Source: a virus
Lineage: Duplodnaviria; Caudoviricetes
Direction: 5' to 3' (one strand)
IMG/VR virus record: IMGVR_UViG_3300037465_000306
Coordinates: 1-25,449 of that record
DNA: 25,449 bases
In this document: positions 25,330 through 25,449 of the stretch, one piece after another
How the letters are laid out: every line of letters begins with the position of its first letter
Position numbering within the stretch: position 1 is the stretch's first letter
Made by a program: the position numbers and the translations under genes
Notes under the pieces: generated by a model
The model's input: only the letters and a program-made list of their open reading frames with translations
Told to the model about the DNA's origin: nothing
Database searches by the model: none

Positions 25330-25449
25330 CAGAAAAATGGGTTTAAAACCTCGCCCTTCTAGGGCGACTTTACTTTTGTATGCCTTTAGTTTACCATAGT
25401 AGATATAGTTTGGTAAGCACAGTGTTAAAAGCCTACAAGTACAGAATCT
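25330..25449 (+). mobile_element. Left end of a second IS200/IS605-family (IS1341-type, tnpB-only) element
   Basis: TTAT (25326-25329), then CAGAAAAATGGGTTTAAAACC, then hairpin TCGCCCT-tct-AGGGCGA (25351-25367), followed by a tnpB start. Confidence 0.75.
25422..25449 (+). CDS. tnpB: Start of a second TnpB, 3'-truncated and not in the ORF track
   Basis: GTG TTA AAA GCC TAC AAG TAC AGA ATC = MLKAYKYRI, the typical TnpB N-terminus; preceded by a left-end hairpin. Confidence 0.75.

Noticed and set aside
1-25449. tRNA, rRNA, introns, inteins, alternative genetic code
   Set aside because: None evident by eye. PolB, helicase and TerL are uninterrupted and of normal length under the standard code.

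Overview
AT-rich (roughly 35% GC by eye) segment of a tailed dsDNA phage or prophage, probably a contractile-tailed cyanophage. Host evidence: six HIP1 octamers GCGATCGC, cyanobacterial-type IS200/IS605 ends and a cyanobacterial-type glucosaminidase domain. Left to right: a replication block on + (SNF2 helicase, family B DNA polymerase); a stand-alone, catalytically intact tnpB with its own promoter and an IS right end; a leftward operon (tail chaperone, tape measure, gpU-like, gpD-like hub fused to a muramidase, DUF2213 protease/scaffold, cement, DUF2184-type capsid, Mu-G-like, tail tube, dCTP deaminase); a divergent rightward operon (TerS, TerL, fibre and Gly-rich proteins, DUF1073 portal, Mu-F-like); and the left end and first codons of a second tnpB element at the right edge. 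The least explained features are non-coding. (1) About 37 copies of CCCCGC(C/A/T)TC occur in both orientations and all six reading frames. (2) About 13 copies of a 15-bp palindrome GTWAAGCWGCTTWAC sit mostly on stop codons. (3) A T(T/G)AT-CAGAAARATGGG motif lies at four gene starts; its core equals both the IS left end and the first bases of the predicted TnpB guide. (4) A hidden +1/-2 frameshift extension of the tail chaperone is not in the ORF track. All counts and family calls are by eye, with no database searches.
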